The notes under the pieces: generated by a model | Seen by the model: only the letters and a program-made list of their open reading frames with translations | The model's database searches: none | What the model was told of the DNA's origin: nothing | Position numbers and translations under genes: made by a program | Source: Eledone cirrhosa | Taxonomy: Eukaryota | NCBI GenBank assembly: GCA_964016885.1 | Contig: OZ024744.1 | Location: 25,172,001 to 25,236,000, forward strand | Reading direction: 5' to 3' | Length of the DNA stretch: 64,000 bases | Part shown: one piece after another, positions 24,001-39,000 of the stretch | Numbering within the stretch: position 1 is the stretch's first letter | Layout of the letters: each line of letters begins with the position of its first letter

Positions 24001-27000
24001 TGTCTCTAGTGTACCAGCTGTATTGTCTCTTGTGTACCAGCTCTACTATCACTAGTGTACCAGTTCCACTATCTCTAGTGTACCAACTCTACTGTGTCTA
24101 GTGTACCAGCTCTACTGTGTGTAGTGTACCAGCTCCACTGTCTGTAGTGTATCAGCTCTACTGTGTCTAGTGTACCAGCTCTATTGTCTCTAGTGTACCA
24201 GCTCTATTGTCTCTAGAGTACCAGCCACACTGTCTCTAGTATACCAGCACTACAGTCTCTAGTGTACAAGGTCCACTGTTCTCTTGTGTACCAGCTCTAT
24301 TGTGTCTAGTGTACCAGCTCTACTCTCTCTAGTGTATCAGCTCAATGCCTCTAGTGTACCAGATCTACTGTCTCTAGTGTACCAGCACTATTGTCTCTAG
24401 TGTACCAGCTCCATTGTCTCTAATGTACCAGCTCTACTGTCTCTAGTGTACCAACTCTACTGTCTCTAGTGAACCAGCTCTACTGTCTCTAGTGTACCAG
24501 CTGTATTGCCTCTAGTGCACCAGCTCCACTGTCACTAGTGTACCAGCTCTACTGTCTCTCGTGTACCAGCTCTACTGTCTCTAGTGTACCAGTTATATTG
24601 TCTCTAGTGTACCAGCACTACAGTCTCTAGTGTACAAGGTCCACTGTTCTCTTGTGTACCAGCTCAACTCTTTCTAGTGTACCAGCTCTATTGTCTCTAG
24701 TGTACAAGCTCTACTGTCTCTAGTTTTCCAGCTCCACTGTCTCTTGTGTACCAGTTCTATTGTCTCTAGTGTACCAGCTATATTGTCTCTTGTGTACCAG
24801 CTCTATTGTCTCTAGTGTACCAGCCACACTGTATCTAGTGTACCAGCTCCACTGCCTCTAGTGTACCAGCTATATTGTCTATAGTGTACAAGCTTTATTG
24901 TCTCTAGTGTACCAGCTCCACTGTCACTAGTGTACCAGCTCTACTTTTTCTAGTGTACAAGCTCTACTGTCTCTAGTGTACCAGCTCTATTGTCACTAGT
25001 GTACCAGCTCCAATTTCGCTAGTGTACCAGCTCTACTGTCTCTAGTGTACCAGCCACACTGACTCTAGTGTACCAGCTCTACAGTCTCTAGTGTACCAGC
25101 TCCACTGTTTCTAGTGTACCAGATCTACTGTGTATAGTGTACCAGCTCTATTGTCTCTAATTTACCAGCTCCGCTGCCTCTAGTGTGCCAGCTCTATTGT
25201 CTCTAGTGCACCAGCTCCACCGTCACTAGTATACCAGCTCTACTGTCTCTCGTGTACCAGCTCTACTGTCTCTAGTGTACCAGCCACACTGTCTCTAGTG
25301 TACCAGCTCTACAGTCTCTAGTGTACCAGCTCCACAGTTTCTAGTGTACCAGATCTACTGTGTCTAGTGTATCAGCTCTATTGTCTCTAATGTACCATCT
25401 CTGCTGCCTCTAGTGTACCAGATCTATTGTCTCTAGTGTACCAGCACGACTGTCTCTAGTGTACCAAATCTACTGTCTCTAGTGTACCACCTCCATTGTC
25501 TCTAATGTACCAGCTCTGCTGCCTCTAGTGTACCAGATCTATTGTCTCTAGTGTACCAGCTCTACTGTCTCTAGTGTAATCAGCTCTATTGTCTCTATTA
25601 TACCAGCTCTATTGTCTCTAGTATACACGCTCTACTGTCTCTAGTGTACCAGCTCTATTGTCTCTAGTGTACCAGCTCTATTGTCTCTAGTGTACCAACT
25701 CTACTGTCTCTAGTGTACCAACTCTACTGTCTCTAGTGTACCAGCTCTACTGTGTCTAGTGTACCATCTCCACTGTCTGTAGTGTACCAGCTCCACTGTG
25801 TCTCGTGTACCAGCACTACTGTCTCAAGTGTACCAGCTCTATTGTCTCTAGTGTACCAGCTATATTTTCTCTAGTATACCAGCTCTATTGTCTTTAGTGT
25901 ACCAGCACTACTGTCTCTAGTGTACCAGCACTACTGTCTCTAGTGTAACAGCTCTTCTGTCTCTTGTGTACCAGCTCCACTGTCTCTTGTGTACCAGCTC
26001 TAGTGTCTCTAGTGTACCAGCTCTATTGTTTCGAGTGTACCAGCTCTATTGTGTCTAGTGTACCAGCTCTTGTCTCTCTAGTATACCAACTCTACTGTCT
26101 CTAGTGTACCAGTTATATTGTCTCTAGTGTACCAGCTCTATTGTCTCTAGTGTACCAACACTACTGTCACCCGTGTACCAACTCTATTGTCTCTAGTGTA
26201 CCAGCTCTATTGTCTCTAGTGTACCAGCTGTATTGTGTCTAGTGTACCAGCTCTACTATCACTAGTGTACCAGCTCCACTATCTCTAGTGTACCAACTCT
26301 ACAGTGTCTAGTGTACCAGCTCCACTGTCTGTAGTGTACCAGCTCTACTGTGTCTAGTGTACCAGCTCTATTGTCTCTAGTGTACCAGCTCTATTGCCTC
26401 AAGAGTACCAGCCACACTGTCTCTAGTATACCAGCATTACAGTCTCTAGTGTACAAGGTCCACTGTTCTCTTGTGTACCAGCTCAACTCTTTCTAGTGTA
26501 CCAGCTCTATTGTCTCTAGTGTACAAGCTCTACTGTCTCTAGTTTACTAGCTCCACTGTCTCTAGTGTACCAGCTCTATTGTCTCTAGTGTACCAGCTCT
26601 ATTGCCTCAAGAGTACCAGCCACACTGTATCTAGTGTACCAGCTCTACAGTCTCTAGTGTACCAGCTCCACAGTTTCTAGTGTACCAGATCTACTGTGTC
26701 TAGTGTACCAGCTCTATTGTCTCTAATGTACCAGCTATGCTGCCTCTAGTGTACCAGATCTATTGTCTCTAGTGTACCAGCACTACTGTCTCAAGTGTAC
26801 CACCTCCATTGTCTCTAATTTACCAGCTCCACTGCCTCTAGTGTACCAGATCTATTGTCTCTAGTGTACCAGCTCTACTGTCTCTAGTGTAATCAGCTCT
26901 ATTGTCTCTAGTGTACCAGCTCTACTGTCTCTAGTGCACCAGCTCTATTGTCTCTAGTGTACCAGCTCTATTGTCTCAAGAGTACCAGCCACACTGTCTC

Positions 27001-30000
27001 TAGTATACCAGCACTACAGTCTCTAGTGTACAAGGTCCACTGTTCTCTTGTGTACCAGCTCAACTCTTTCTAGTGTACCAGCTCTATTGTCTGTAGTGTA
27101 CAAGCTCTACTGTCTCTAGTTTACCAGCTCCACTGTCTCTAGTGTACCAGCTATATTGTCTCCAGTGTACCAGCTCTATTGTCTCTAGTGTACAAGCTTT
27201 ACTGTCTCTAGTGTACCAGCTCCACTGTCACTAGTGTACCAGCTCTCCTTTTTCTAGTGTACAAGCTCTACTGTCTCTAGTGTACCAGCTATATTGTCAC
27301 TAGTGTACCAGCTCCAATTTCGCTAGTGTACCAGCTCTACTGTCTCTAGTGTACCAGCCACACTGACTCTAGTGTACCAGCTCTACAGCCTCTAGTGTAC
27401 CAGCTCCACTGTTTCTAGTGTACCAGATTTACTGTGTATAGTGTACCAGCTCTATTGTCTCTAATTTACCAGCTCTGCTGCCTCTAGACTACCAGATCTA
27501 TTGTCTCTAGTGTACCAGCTCTGCTGCCTGTAGTGTACCAGATCTACTCTCTCTAGTGTACAAGCTCTACTGACTCTAGAGTACCAGCTCCACTGTCACT
27601 AATGTACCAGCTCTACTTTTTCTAGTGTACAAGCTCTACTGTCTCTAGTGTACCAGATCTATTGTCACTAGTGTACCAGAGTCACTGTCTCTAGTGTACC
27701 AGCTCTACTATCTCTAGTGTACCAACTCTATTGTCTCTAGTGCACCAGCTCTTGTGTCTCTAGTGTACCAGCTCTAGAGTCTGTAGTGTACAAGCTCTAC
27801 TGTCTCTAGTGTACCAGCTCTACTGTCACTAGTGTACCAGCTCCACTGTCTCTAATGTACCAGCTCCACTGTCTCTAGTGAACCAACTCTACTGTCTCTA
27901 GTGTACCAACTCCACTGTCTCTAGTGTACCAACTCTACTGTCTCTAGTGTACCAGTTATATCGTCTCTAGTGTACCAGCTCTATTGTCTCTAGTGTACCA
28001 ACACTACTGTCACCCGTGTACCAACTCTATTGTCTCTAGTGTACCAGCTCTATTGTCTCTAGTGTACCAGCTGTATTGTCTCTTGTGTACCAGCTCTACT
28101 ATCACTAGTGTACCAGTTCCACTATCTCTAGTGTACCAACTCTACTGTGTCTAGTGTACCAGCTCTACTGTGTGTAGTGTACCAGCTCCACTGTCTGTAG
28201 TGTATCAGCTCTACTGTGTCTAGTGTACCAGCTCTATTGTCTCTAGTGTACCAGCTCTATTGTCTCTAGAGTACCAGCCACACTGTCTCTAGTATACCAG
28301 CACTACAGTCTCTAGTGTACAAGGTCCACTGTTCTCTTGTGTACCAGCTCTATTGTGTCTAGTGTACCAGCTCTACTCTCTCTAGTGTATCAGCTCAATG
28401 CCTCTAGTGTACCAGATCTACTGTCTCTAGTGTACCAGCACTATTGTCTCTAGTGTACCAGCTCCATTGTCTCTAATGTACCAGCTCTACTGTCTCTAGT
28501 GTACCAACTCTACTGTCTCTAGTGAACCAGCTCTACTGTCTCTAGTGTACCAGCTGTATTGCCTCTAGTGCACCAGCTCCACTGTCACTAGTGTACCAGC
28601 TCTACTGTCTCTCGTGTACCAGCTCTACTGTCTCTAGTGTACCAGTTATATTGTCTCTAGTGTACCAGCACTACAGTCTCTAGTGTACAAGGTCCACTGT
28701 TCTCTTGTGTACCAGCTCAACTCTTTCTAGTGTACCAGCTCTATTGTCTCTAGTGTACAAGCTCTACTGTCTCTAGTTTTCCAGCTCCACTGTCTCTAGT
28801 GTACCAGTTCTATTGTCTCTAGTGTACCAGCTATATTGTCTCTTGTGTACCAGCTCTATTGTCTCTAGTGTACCAGCCACACTGTATCTAGTGTACCAGC
28901 TCCACTGCCTCTAGTGTACCAGCTATATTGTCTATAGTGTACAAGCTTTATTGTCTCTAGTGTACCAGCTCCACTGTCACTAGTGTACCAGCTCTACTTT
29001 TTCTAGTGTACAAGCTCTACTGTCTCTAGTGTACCAGCTCTATTGTCACTAGTGTACCAGCTCCAATTTCGCTAGTGTACCAGCTCTACTGTCTCTAGTG
29101 TACCAGCCACACTGACTCTAGTGTACCAGCTCTACAGTCTCTAGTGTACCAGCTCCACTGTTTCTAGTGTACCAGATCTACTGTGTATAGTGTACCAGCT
29201 CTATTGTCTCTAATTTACCAGCTCCGCTGCCTCTAGTGTACCAGCTCTATTGTCTCTAGTGCACCAGCTCCACCGTCACTAGTATACCAGCTCTACTGTC
29301 TCTCGTGTACCAGCTCTACTGTCTCTAGTGTACCAGCCACACTGTCTCTAGTGTACCAGCTCTACAGTCTCTAGTGTACCAGCTCCACAGTTTCTAGTGT
29401 ACCAGATCTACTGTGTCTAGTGTATCAGCTCTATTGTCTCTAATGTACCATCTCTGCTGCCTCTAGTGTACCAGATCTATTGTCTCTAGTGTACCAGCAC
29501 GACTGTCTCTAGTGTACCAAATCTACTGTCTCTAGTGTACCACCTCCATTGTCTCTAATGTACCAGCTCTGCTGCCTCTATTGTACCAGATCTATTGTCT
29601 CTAGTGTACCAGCTCTACTGTCTCTAGTGTAATCAGCTCTATTGTCTCTATTATACCAGCTCTATTGTCTCTAGTATACACGCTCTACTGTCTCTAGTGT
29701 ACCAGCTCTATTGTCTCTAGTGTACCAGCTCTATTGTCTCTAGTGTACCAACTCTACTGTCTCTAGTGTACCAACTCTACTGTCTCTAGTGTACCAGCTC
29801 TACTGTGTCTAGTGTACCATCTCCACTGTCTGTAGTGTACCAGCTCCACTGTGTCTCGTGTACCAGCACTACTGTCTCAAGTGTACCAGCTCTATTGTCT
29901 CTAGTGTACCAGCTATATTTTCTCTAGTATACCAGCTCTATTGTCTTTAGTGTACCAGCACTACTGTCTCTAGTGTACCAGCACTACTGTCTCTAGTGTA

Positions 30001-33000
30001 ACAGCTCTTCTGTCTCTTGTGTACCAGCTCCACTGTCTCTTGTGTACCAGCTCTAGTGTCTCTAGTGTACCAGCTCTATTGTTTCGAGTGTACCAGCTCT
30101 ATTGTGTCTAGTGTACCAGCTCTTGTCTCTCTAGTATACCAACTCTACTGTCTCTAGTGTACCAGTTATATTGTCTCTAGTGTACCAGCTCTATTGTCTC
30201 TAGTGTACCAACACTACTGTCACCCGTGTACCAACTCTATTGTCTCTAGTGTACCAGCTCTATTGTCTCTAGTGTACCAGCTGTATTGTGTCTAGTGTAC
30301 CAGCTCTACTATCACTAGTGTACCAGCTCCACTATCTCTAGTGTACCAACTCTACAGTGTCTAGTGTACCAGCTCCACTGTCTGTAGTGTACCAGCTCTA
30401 CTGTGTCTAGTGTACCAGCTCTATTGTCTCTAGTGTACCAGCTCTATTGCCTCAAGAGTACCAGCCACACTGTCTCTAGTATACCAGCATTACAGTCTCT
30501 AGTGTACAAGGTCCACTGTTCTCTTGTGTACCAGCTCAACTCTTTCTAGTGTACCAGCTCTATTGTCTCTAGTGTACAAGCTCTACTGTCTCTAGTTTAC
30601 TAGCTCCACTGTCTCTAGTGTACCAGCTCTATTGTCTCTAGTGTACCAGCTCTATTGCCTCAAGAGTACCAGCCACACTGTATCTAGTGTACCAGCTCTA
30701 CAGTCTCTAGTGTACCAGCTCCACAGTTTCTAGTGTACCAGATCTACTGTGTCTAGTGTACCAGCTCTATTGTCTCTAATGTACCAGCTATGCTGCCTCT
30801 AGTGTACCAGATCTATTGTCTCTAGTGTACCAGCACTACTGTCTCAAGTGTACCACCTCCATTGTCTCTAATTTACCAGCTCCACTGCCTCTAGTGTACC
30901 AGATCTATTGTCTCTAGTGTACCAGCTCTACTGTCTCTAGTGTAATCAGCTCTATTGTCTCTAGTGTACCAGCTCTACTGTCTCTAGTGCACCAGCTCTA
31001 TTGTCTCTAGTGTACCAGCTCTATTGTCTCAAGAGTACCAGCCACACTGTCTCTAGTATACCAGCACTACAGTCTCTAGTGTACAAGGTCCACTGTTCTC
31101 TTGTGTACCAGCTCAACTCTTTCTAGTGTACCAGCTCTATTGTCTGTAGTGTACAAGCTCTACTGTCTCTAGTTTACCAGCTCCACTGTCTCTAGTGTAC
31201 CAGCTATATTGTCTCCAGTGTACCAGCTCTATTGTCTCTAGTGTACAAGCTTTACTGTCTCTAGTGTACCAGCTCCACTGTCACTAGTGTACCAGCTCTC
31301 CTTTTTCTAGTGTACAAGCTCTACTGTCTCTAGTGTACCAGCTATATTGTCACTAGTGTACCAGCTCCAATTTCGCTAGTGTACCAGCTCTACTGTCTCT
31401 AGTGTACCAGCCACACTGACTCTAGTGTACCAGCTCTACAGCCTCTAGTGTACCAGCTCCACTGTTTCTAGTGTACCAGATTTACTGTGTATAGTGTACC
31501 AGCTCTATTGTCTCTAATTTACCAGCTCTGCTGCCTCTAGACTACCAGATCTATTGTCTCTAGTGTACCAGCTCTACTGTCTCTAGTGTACCAGCTCTAT
31601 TGTCTCTAGTGTACCAGCTCTATTGACTCAATGTACCAGCTCTACAGCCACTAGTGTACCAACACTACTGTCTCTACTGTACCAGCTCCATTGTCTCTAG
31701 TGTACCAGATCTATTGTCTCTAGTGTACCAACTCTACTGTCTGTAGTGTACCAGCTCCATTGTCTCTAATGTACCATCTCTGCTGCCTCTAGTCTACCAG
31801 ATCTATTGTCACTAGTGTACAAGCTCGACTCCCTCTAGTGTAGCAACTCTACTGTCTCTAGTGTACCAGCTCTACTGTCTCTAGTGTTCCAAATATGCTG
31901 TCTGTAGTGTACCAGCTCCATTGCCTCTAATGTACCAGCTCTGCTGCCTCTAGTCTACCAGATCTATTGTCACTAGTGTACCAGCTCGACTATCTCTAGT
32001 TTAGCAACTCTACTGTCTCTAGTGTACCAGCCCTAGTGTCTCTAGTGTACCAGCTCTATTGCCTCTAGTGTACCAGCTCTATTGTGTCTAGTGTACCAGC
32101 TCTACTCTCTCTAGTGTATCAGCTCACTGCCTCTAGTGTACCAGATCTACTGTCTCTAGTGTACCAGCACTATTGTCTCTAGTGTACCAACTCTGCTGTC
32201 TCTAGAGTACCAACTCTACTGACTCTAGTGAACCAGCACTACTGTATCTAGTGTACCAGCTCTATTGTCTCTAGTGTACCGGCTGTATTGCCTCTAGTGC
32301 ACCAGCTCCACTGTCACTAGTGTACCAGCTCTACTGTCTCTCGTGTACCAGCTCTACTGTCTCTAGTGTACCAGCCACACTGTATCTAGTGTACCAGCTC
32401 TACAGTCTCTAGTGTACCAGCTCCACAGTTTCTAGTGTACCAGATCTACTGTGTCTAGTGTACCAGCTCTATAGTCTCTAATGTACCAGCTATGCTGCCT
32501 CTAGTGTACCAGATCTATTGTCTCTAGTGTACTAGCACTACTGTCTCTAGTGTACCAACTCTACTGTCTCAAGTGTACCACCTCCATTGTCTCTAATGTA
32601 CCAGCTCTGCTGCCTCTAGTGTACCAGATCTATTGTCTCTAGTGTACCAGCTCTACTGTCTCTAGTGTAATCAGCTCTATTGTCTCTAGTGTACCAGCTC
32701 TACTGTCTCTAGTTTACCAGCTCCACTGTCTCTAGTGTACCAACTCTACTGTCTCTAGTGTACCAGCTCCACTGTCTATAGTGTAGCAACTCTACTGTCT
32801 CTAGTGTACCAGCTCTACTATCTCTAGTGTACCAGCTCTACTGTCACTAGTGTACCAACTCTATTGTCTCTAGTGTACCAGCTCTATTGTCTCTAGTGTA
32901 CCAGCTCCACTGTCTCTAGTGTACCAACTCTACGGTCTCTAGTGTACCAGCTCTACAGTCTCTACTGTACAAGCTCGACTATCTCTAGTGTACCAAATCT

Positions 33001-36000
33001 ACTGTCTCTAGTGTACCAGCTCTACTGTGTCTAGTGTACCAGCTCCACTGTCTGTAGTGTACCAGCTCTACTGTGTCTAGTGTACCAGCACTACTGTCTC
33101 TAGTGTACCAGCTCTACTGTCTCTAGTTTACCAGCTCTATTGTCTCTAGTGTACCAGCTCTAGTGGCTCTAGTGTACCAGCTCTATTGTCTCTAGTGTAC
33201 AAGCTCTACTGTCACTAGAGTACCAGCTCTACTTTTTCTAGTGTACAAGCTCTACTGCCTCTAGTGTACCAGATCTATTGTCACTAGTGTACCAGCTCCA
33301 CTGTCTCTAGTGTACCAGCTCTACTGTCTCTATTGTACCAGCTCTACTATCTCTAGTGTACCAACTCTATTGTCTCTAGTGTACCAGCTCTAGAGTCTCT
33401 AGTGTACCAGCTCTACTCTCTCTAGTGTACCAGCTCTACTGTCTCTAGTGTAGCAGCTCCACTGTCACAAGTGTACCAGCTCTATTGTCTCTAGTGTACC
33501 AACTCCACTGTCTCTAGTCTACCAACTCTATTGTCTCTAGTGTACCAGCTCCACTGTATCTAGTGTACCAGATCTATTGTCACTAGTGTACCAGCTCCAC
33601 TGTCTCTAGTGTACAAGCTCTACTGTCTCTAGTGTACCAGCTCTACTATCTCTAGTATACCAACTCTATTGTCTCTAGTGTACCAGCTCTAGAGTCTGTA
33701 GTGTACCAGCTCCACTGTCTCTAATGTACCAGCTCCACTGTCTCTAGTGTACCAACTCTACTGTCTCTAGTGTACAAACTCCACTCTCTCTAGTGTACCA
33801 ACTCTACTGTCTCTAGCGTACCAGCACTTCTGTCTCTAGTGTAGTAGCTCTACTCTCTCTAGTGTACCAACTCTACTGTCTCTAGTGTACCAGTTATATC
33901 GTCTCTAGTGTACCAGCTCTATTGTCTCTAGTGTACCAACACTACTGTCACCCGTGTACCAGCTCTATTGTCTCTAGTGTACCAGCTGTATTGTCTCGTG
34001 TGTACCAGCTCTACTATCACTAGTGTACCAGCTCCACTATCTCTAGTGTACCAACTCTACTGTGTCTAGTGTACCAGCTCTACTGTGTGTAGTGTACCAG
34101 CTCCACTGTCTGTAGTGTATCAGCTCTACTGTGTCTAGTGTACCAGCTCTATTGTCTCTAGTGTACCAGCTCTATTGTCTCTAGAGTACCAGCCACACTG
34201 TCTCTAGTATACCAGCACTACAGTCTCTAGTGTACAAGGTCCACTGTTCTCTTGTGTACCAGCTCTATTGTGTCTAGTGTACCAGCTCGACTCTCTCTAG
34301 TGTATCAGCTCACTGCCTCTAGTGAACCAGATCTACTGTCTCTAGTGTACCAGCACTATTGTCTCTAGTGTACCAGCTCCATTGTCTCTAATGTACCAGC
34401 TCTACTGTCTCTAGTGTACCAACTCTACTGTCTCTTGTGAACCAGCTCTACTGTATCTAGTGTACCAGCTCTATTGTCTCTAGTGTACCAGCTCTATTGT
34501 CTCTAGTGTACCAGCTCTATTGTCTCTAGTGTACCAGCTCTACTCTCACTAGTGTACCAACTCTACTGTCTCTAGTGTACCAGCTCTATTGTCTCTAGTG
34601 TACCAGCTGTATTGTCTCTAGTGTACCAGCTCTATTGTCTCTAGTGTACCAGCTCTACTGTCTCTAGTGTAATCAGCTCTATTGTCTCTAGTGTACCAAC
34701 TCTACTATCACTAGTGTACCAGCTCGACTATCTCTAGTGTACCAACTCTACAGTCTCTAGTGTACCAGCTCTACTGTGTCTAGTGTACCAGCTCCACTGT
34801 CTGTAGTGTACCAGCTCTACTGTGTATAGTGTACCAGCACTACTGTCTCTAGTGTACCAGCTCTACTGTCTCTAGTTTACCAGCTCTATTGTCTCTAGTG
34901 TACCAGCTCTAGTGGCTCTAGTGTACCAGCTCTATTGTCTCTAGTGTACCAGCCACACTGTCTCTGGTGTACCAGCACTACAATCTCTAGTGTAACAGGT
35001 CCACTGTTCTCTAGTATACCAGCTCCACAGTTTCTAGTGTACCAGCTCTGCTGCCTGTAGTGTACCAGCTCTACTGTCTCTAGTGTACCAGCTCTATTGT
35101 CTCTAGTGTACAATCTCTACTGTCACTAGAGTACCAGCTCTACTTTTTCTAGTGTACAAGCTCTACTGTCTCTAGTGTACCAGATCTATTGTCACTAGTG
35201 TACCAGCTCCACTGTCTCTAGTGTACCAGCTCTACTGTCTCTATTGTACCAGCTCTACTATTTGTAGTGTACCAACTCTATTGTCTCTAGTGTACCAGCT
35301 CTTGTGTCTCTAGTGTACCAGCTCTAGAGTCTCTGGTGTACCAGCTCTACTGTCTCTAGTGTACCAGCTCTACTGTCTCTAGTGTACCAGCTCTACTGTC
35401 TCTAGTGTACCAGCTCCACTGTCTCTAGTGTACCAAATCTACTGTCTCTAGTGTACCAACTCCACTGTCTATAGTGTTCCAGCTCTACTGTCACTAGTGT
35501 AATCAGCTCTATTGTCTCTAGTGTACCAACTCTACTGTCTCTAGTGTACCAGCTCTATTGTCTCTAGTGTACCAGCTGTATTGTCTCTAGTGTACCAGCT
35601 ATATTGTCTCTAGTGTACCAGCTCTACTGTATCTAGTGTAATCAGCTCTATTGTCTCTAGTGTACCAACTCTACTATCTCTAGTGTACCAGCTCTACTGT
35701 GTCTAGTGTACCAGCTCCACTGTCTGTAGTGTACCAGCTCCACTGTGTCTCGTGTACCAGCACTACTGTCTCAAGTGTACCAGCTCTATTGTCTCTAGTG
35801 TACCAGCTATATTTTCTCTAGTATACCAGCTCTATTGTCTTTAGTGTACCAGCACTACTGTCTCTAGTGTACCAGCACTACTGTCTCTAGTGTAACAGCT
35901 CTTCTGTCTCTTGTGTACCAGCTCCACTGTCTCTTGTGTACCAGCTCTAGTGTCTCTAGTGTACCAGCTCTATTGTTTCGAGTGTACCAGCTCTATTGTG

Positions 36001-39000
36001 TCTAGTGTACCAGCTCTTGTCTCTCTAGTATACCAACTCTACTGTCTCTAGTGTACCAGTTATATTGTCTCTAGTGTACCAGCTCTATTGTCTCTAGTGT
36101 ACCAACACTACTGTCACCCGTGTACCAACTCTATTGTCTCTAGTGTACCAGCTCTATTGTCTCTAGTGTACCAGCTGTATTGTGTCTAGTGTACCAGCTC
36201 TACTATCACTAGTGTACCAGCTCCACTATCTCTAGTGTACCAACTCTACAGTGTCTAGTGTACCAGCTCCACTGTCTGTAGTGTACCAGCTCTACTGTGT
36301 CTAGTGTACCAGCTCTATTGTCTCTAGTGTACCAGCTCTATTGCCTCAAGAGTACCAGCCACACTGTCTCTAGTATACCAGCATTACAGTCTCTAGTGTA
36401 CAAGGTCCACTGTTCTCTTGTGTACCAGCTCAACTCTTTCTAGTGTACCAGCTCTATTGTCTCTAGTGTACAAGCTCTACTGTCTCTAGTTTACTAGCTC
36501 CACTGTCTCTAGTGTACCAGCTCTATTGTCTCTAGTGTACCAGCTCTATTGCCTCAAGAGTACCAGCCACACTGTATCTAGTGTACCAGCTCTACAGTCT
36601 CTAGTGTACCAGCTCCACAGTTTCTAGTGTACCAGATCTACTGTGTCTAGTGTACCAGCTCTATTGTCTCTAATGTACCAGCTATGCTGCCTCTAGTGTA
36701 CCAGATCTATTGTCTCTAGTGTACCAGCACTACTGTCTCAAGTGTACCACCTCCATTGTCTCTAATTTACCAGCTCCACTGCCTCTAGTGTACCAGATCT
36801 ATTGTCTCTAGTGTACCAGCTCTACTGTCTCTAGTGTAATCAGCTCTATTGTCTCTAGTGTACCAGCTCTACTGTCTCTAGTGCACCAGCTCTATTGTCT
36901 CTAGTGTACCAGCTCTATTGTCTCAAGAGTACCAGCCACACTGTCTCTAGTATACCAGCACTACAGTCTCTAGTGTACAAGGTCCACTGTTCTCTTGTGT
37001 ACCAGCTCAACTCTTTCTAGTGTACCAGCTCTATTGTCTGTAGTGTACAAGCTCTACTGTCTCTAGTTTACCAGCTCCACTGTCTCTAGTGTACCAGCTA
37101 TATTGTCTCCAGTGTACCAGCTCTATTGTCTCTAGTGTACAAGCTTTACTGTCTCTAGTGTACCAGCTCCACTGTCACTAGTGTACCAGCTCTCCTTTTT
37201 CTAGTGTACAAGCTCTACTGTCTCTAGTGTACCAGCTATATTGTCACTAGTATACCAGCTCCAATTTCGCTAGTGTACCAGCTCTACTGTCTCTAGTGTA
37301 CCAGCCACACTGACTCTAGTGTACCAGCTCTACAGCCTCTAGTGTACCAGCTCCACTGTTTCTAGTGTACCAGATTTACTGTGTATAGTGTACCAGCTCT
37401 ATTGTCTCTAATTTACCAGCTCTGCTGCCTCTAGACTACCAGATCTATTGTCTCTAGTGTACCAGCTCTACTGTCTCTAGTGTACCAGCTCTATTGTCTC
37501 TAGTGTACCAGCTCTATTGACTCAATGTACCAGCTCTACAGCCACTAGTGTACCAACACTACTGTCTCTACTGTACCAGCTCCATTGTCTCTAGTGTACC
37601 AGATCTATTGTCTCTAGTGTACCAACTCTACTGTCTGTAGTGTACCAGCTCCATTGTCTCTAATGTACCATCTCTGCTGCCTCTAGTCTACCAGATCTAT
37701 TGTCACTAGTGTACAAGCTCGACTCCCTCTAGTGTAGCAACTCTACTGTCTCTAGTGTACCAGCTCTACTGTCTCTAGTGTTCCAAATATGCTGTCTGTA
37801 GTGTACCAGCTCCATTGCCTCTAATGTACCAGCTCTGCTGCCTCTAGTCTACCAGATCTATTGTCACTAGTGTACCAGCTCGACTATCTCTAGTTTAGCA
37901 ACTCTACTGTCTCTAGTGTACCAGCCCTAGTGTCTCTAGTGTACCAGCTCTATTGCCTCTAGTGTACCAGCTCTATTGTGTCTAGTGTACCAGCTCTACT
38001 CTCTCTAGTGTATCAGCTCACTGCCTCTAGTGTACCAGATCTACTGTCTCTAGTGTACCAGCACTATTGTCTCTAGTGTACCAACTCTGCTGTCTCTAGA
38101 GTACCAACTCTACTGACTCTAGTGAACCAGCACTACTGTATCTAGTGTACCAGCTCTATTGTCTCTAGTGTACCGGCTGTATTGCCTCTAGTGCACCAGC
38201 TCCACTGTCACTAGTGTACCAGCTCTACTGTCTCTCGTGTACCAGCTCTACTGTCTCTAGTGTACCAGCCACACTGTATCTAGTGTACCAGCTCTACAGT
38301 CTCTAGTGTACCAGCTCCACAGTTTCTAGTGTACCAGATCTACTGTGTCTAGTGTACCAGCTCTATAGTCTCTAATGTACCAGCTATGCTGCCTCTAGTG
38401 TACCAGATCTATTGTCTCTAGTGTACTAGCACTACTGTCTCTAGTGTACCAACTCTACTGTCTCAAGTGTACCACCTCCATTGTCTCTAATGTACCAGCT
38501 CTGCTGCCTCTAGTGTACCAGATCTATTGTCTCTAGTGTACCAGCTCTACTGTCTCTAGTGTAATCAGCTCTATTGTCTCTAGTGTACCAGCTCTACTGT
38601 CTCTAGTTTACCAGCTCCACTGTCTCTAGTGTACCAACTCTACTGTCTCTAGTGTACCAGCTCCACTGTCTATAGTGTAGCAACTCTACTGTCTCTAGTG
38701 TACCAGCTCTACTATCTCTAGTGTACCAGCTCTACTGTCACTAGTGTACCAACTCTATTGTCTCTAGTGTACCAGCTCTATTGTCTCTAGTGTACCAGCT
38801 CCACTGTCTCTAGTGTACCAACTCTACGGTCTCTAGTGTACCAGCTCTACAGTCTCTACTGTACAAGCTCGACTATCTCTAGTGTACCAAATCTACTGTC
38901 TCTAGTGTACCAGCTCTACTGTGTCTAGTGTACCAGCTCCACTGTCTGTAGTGTACCAGCTCTACTGTGTCTAGTGTACCAGCACTACTGTCTCTAGTGT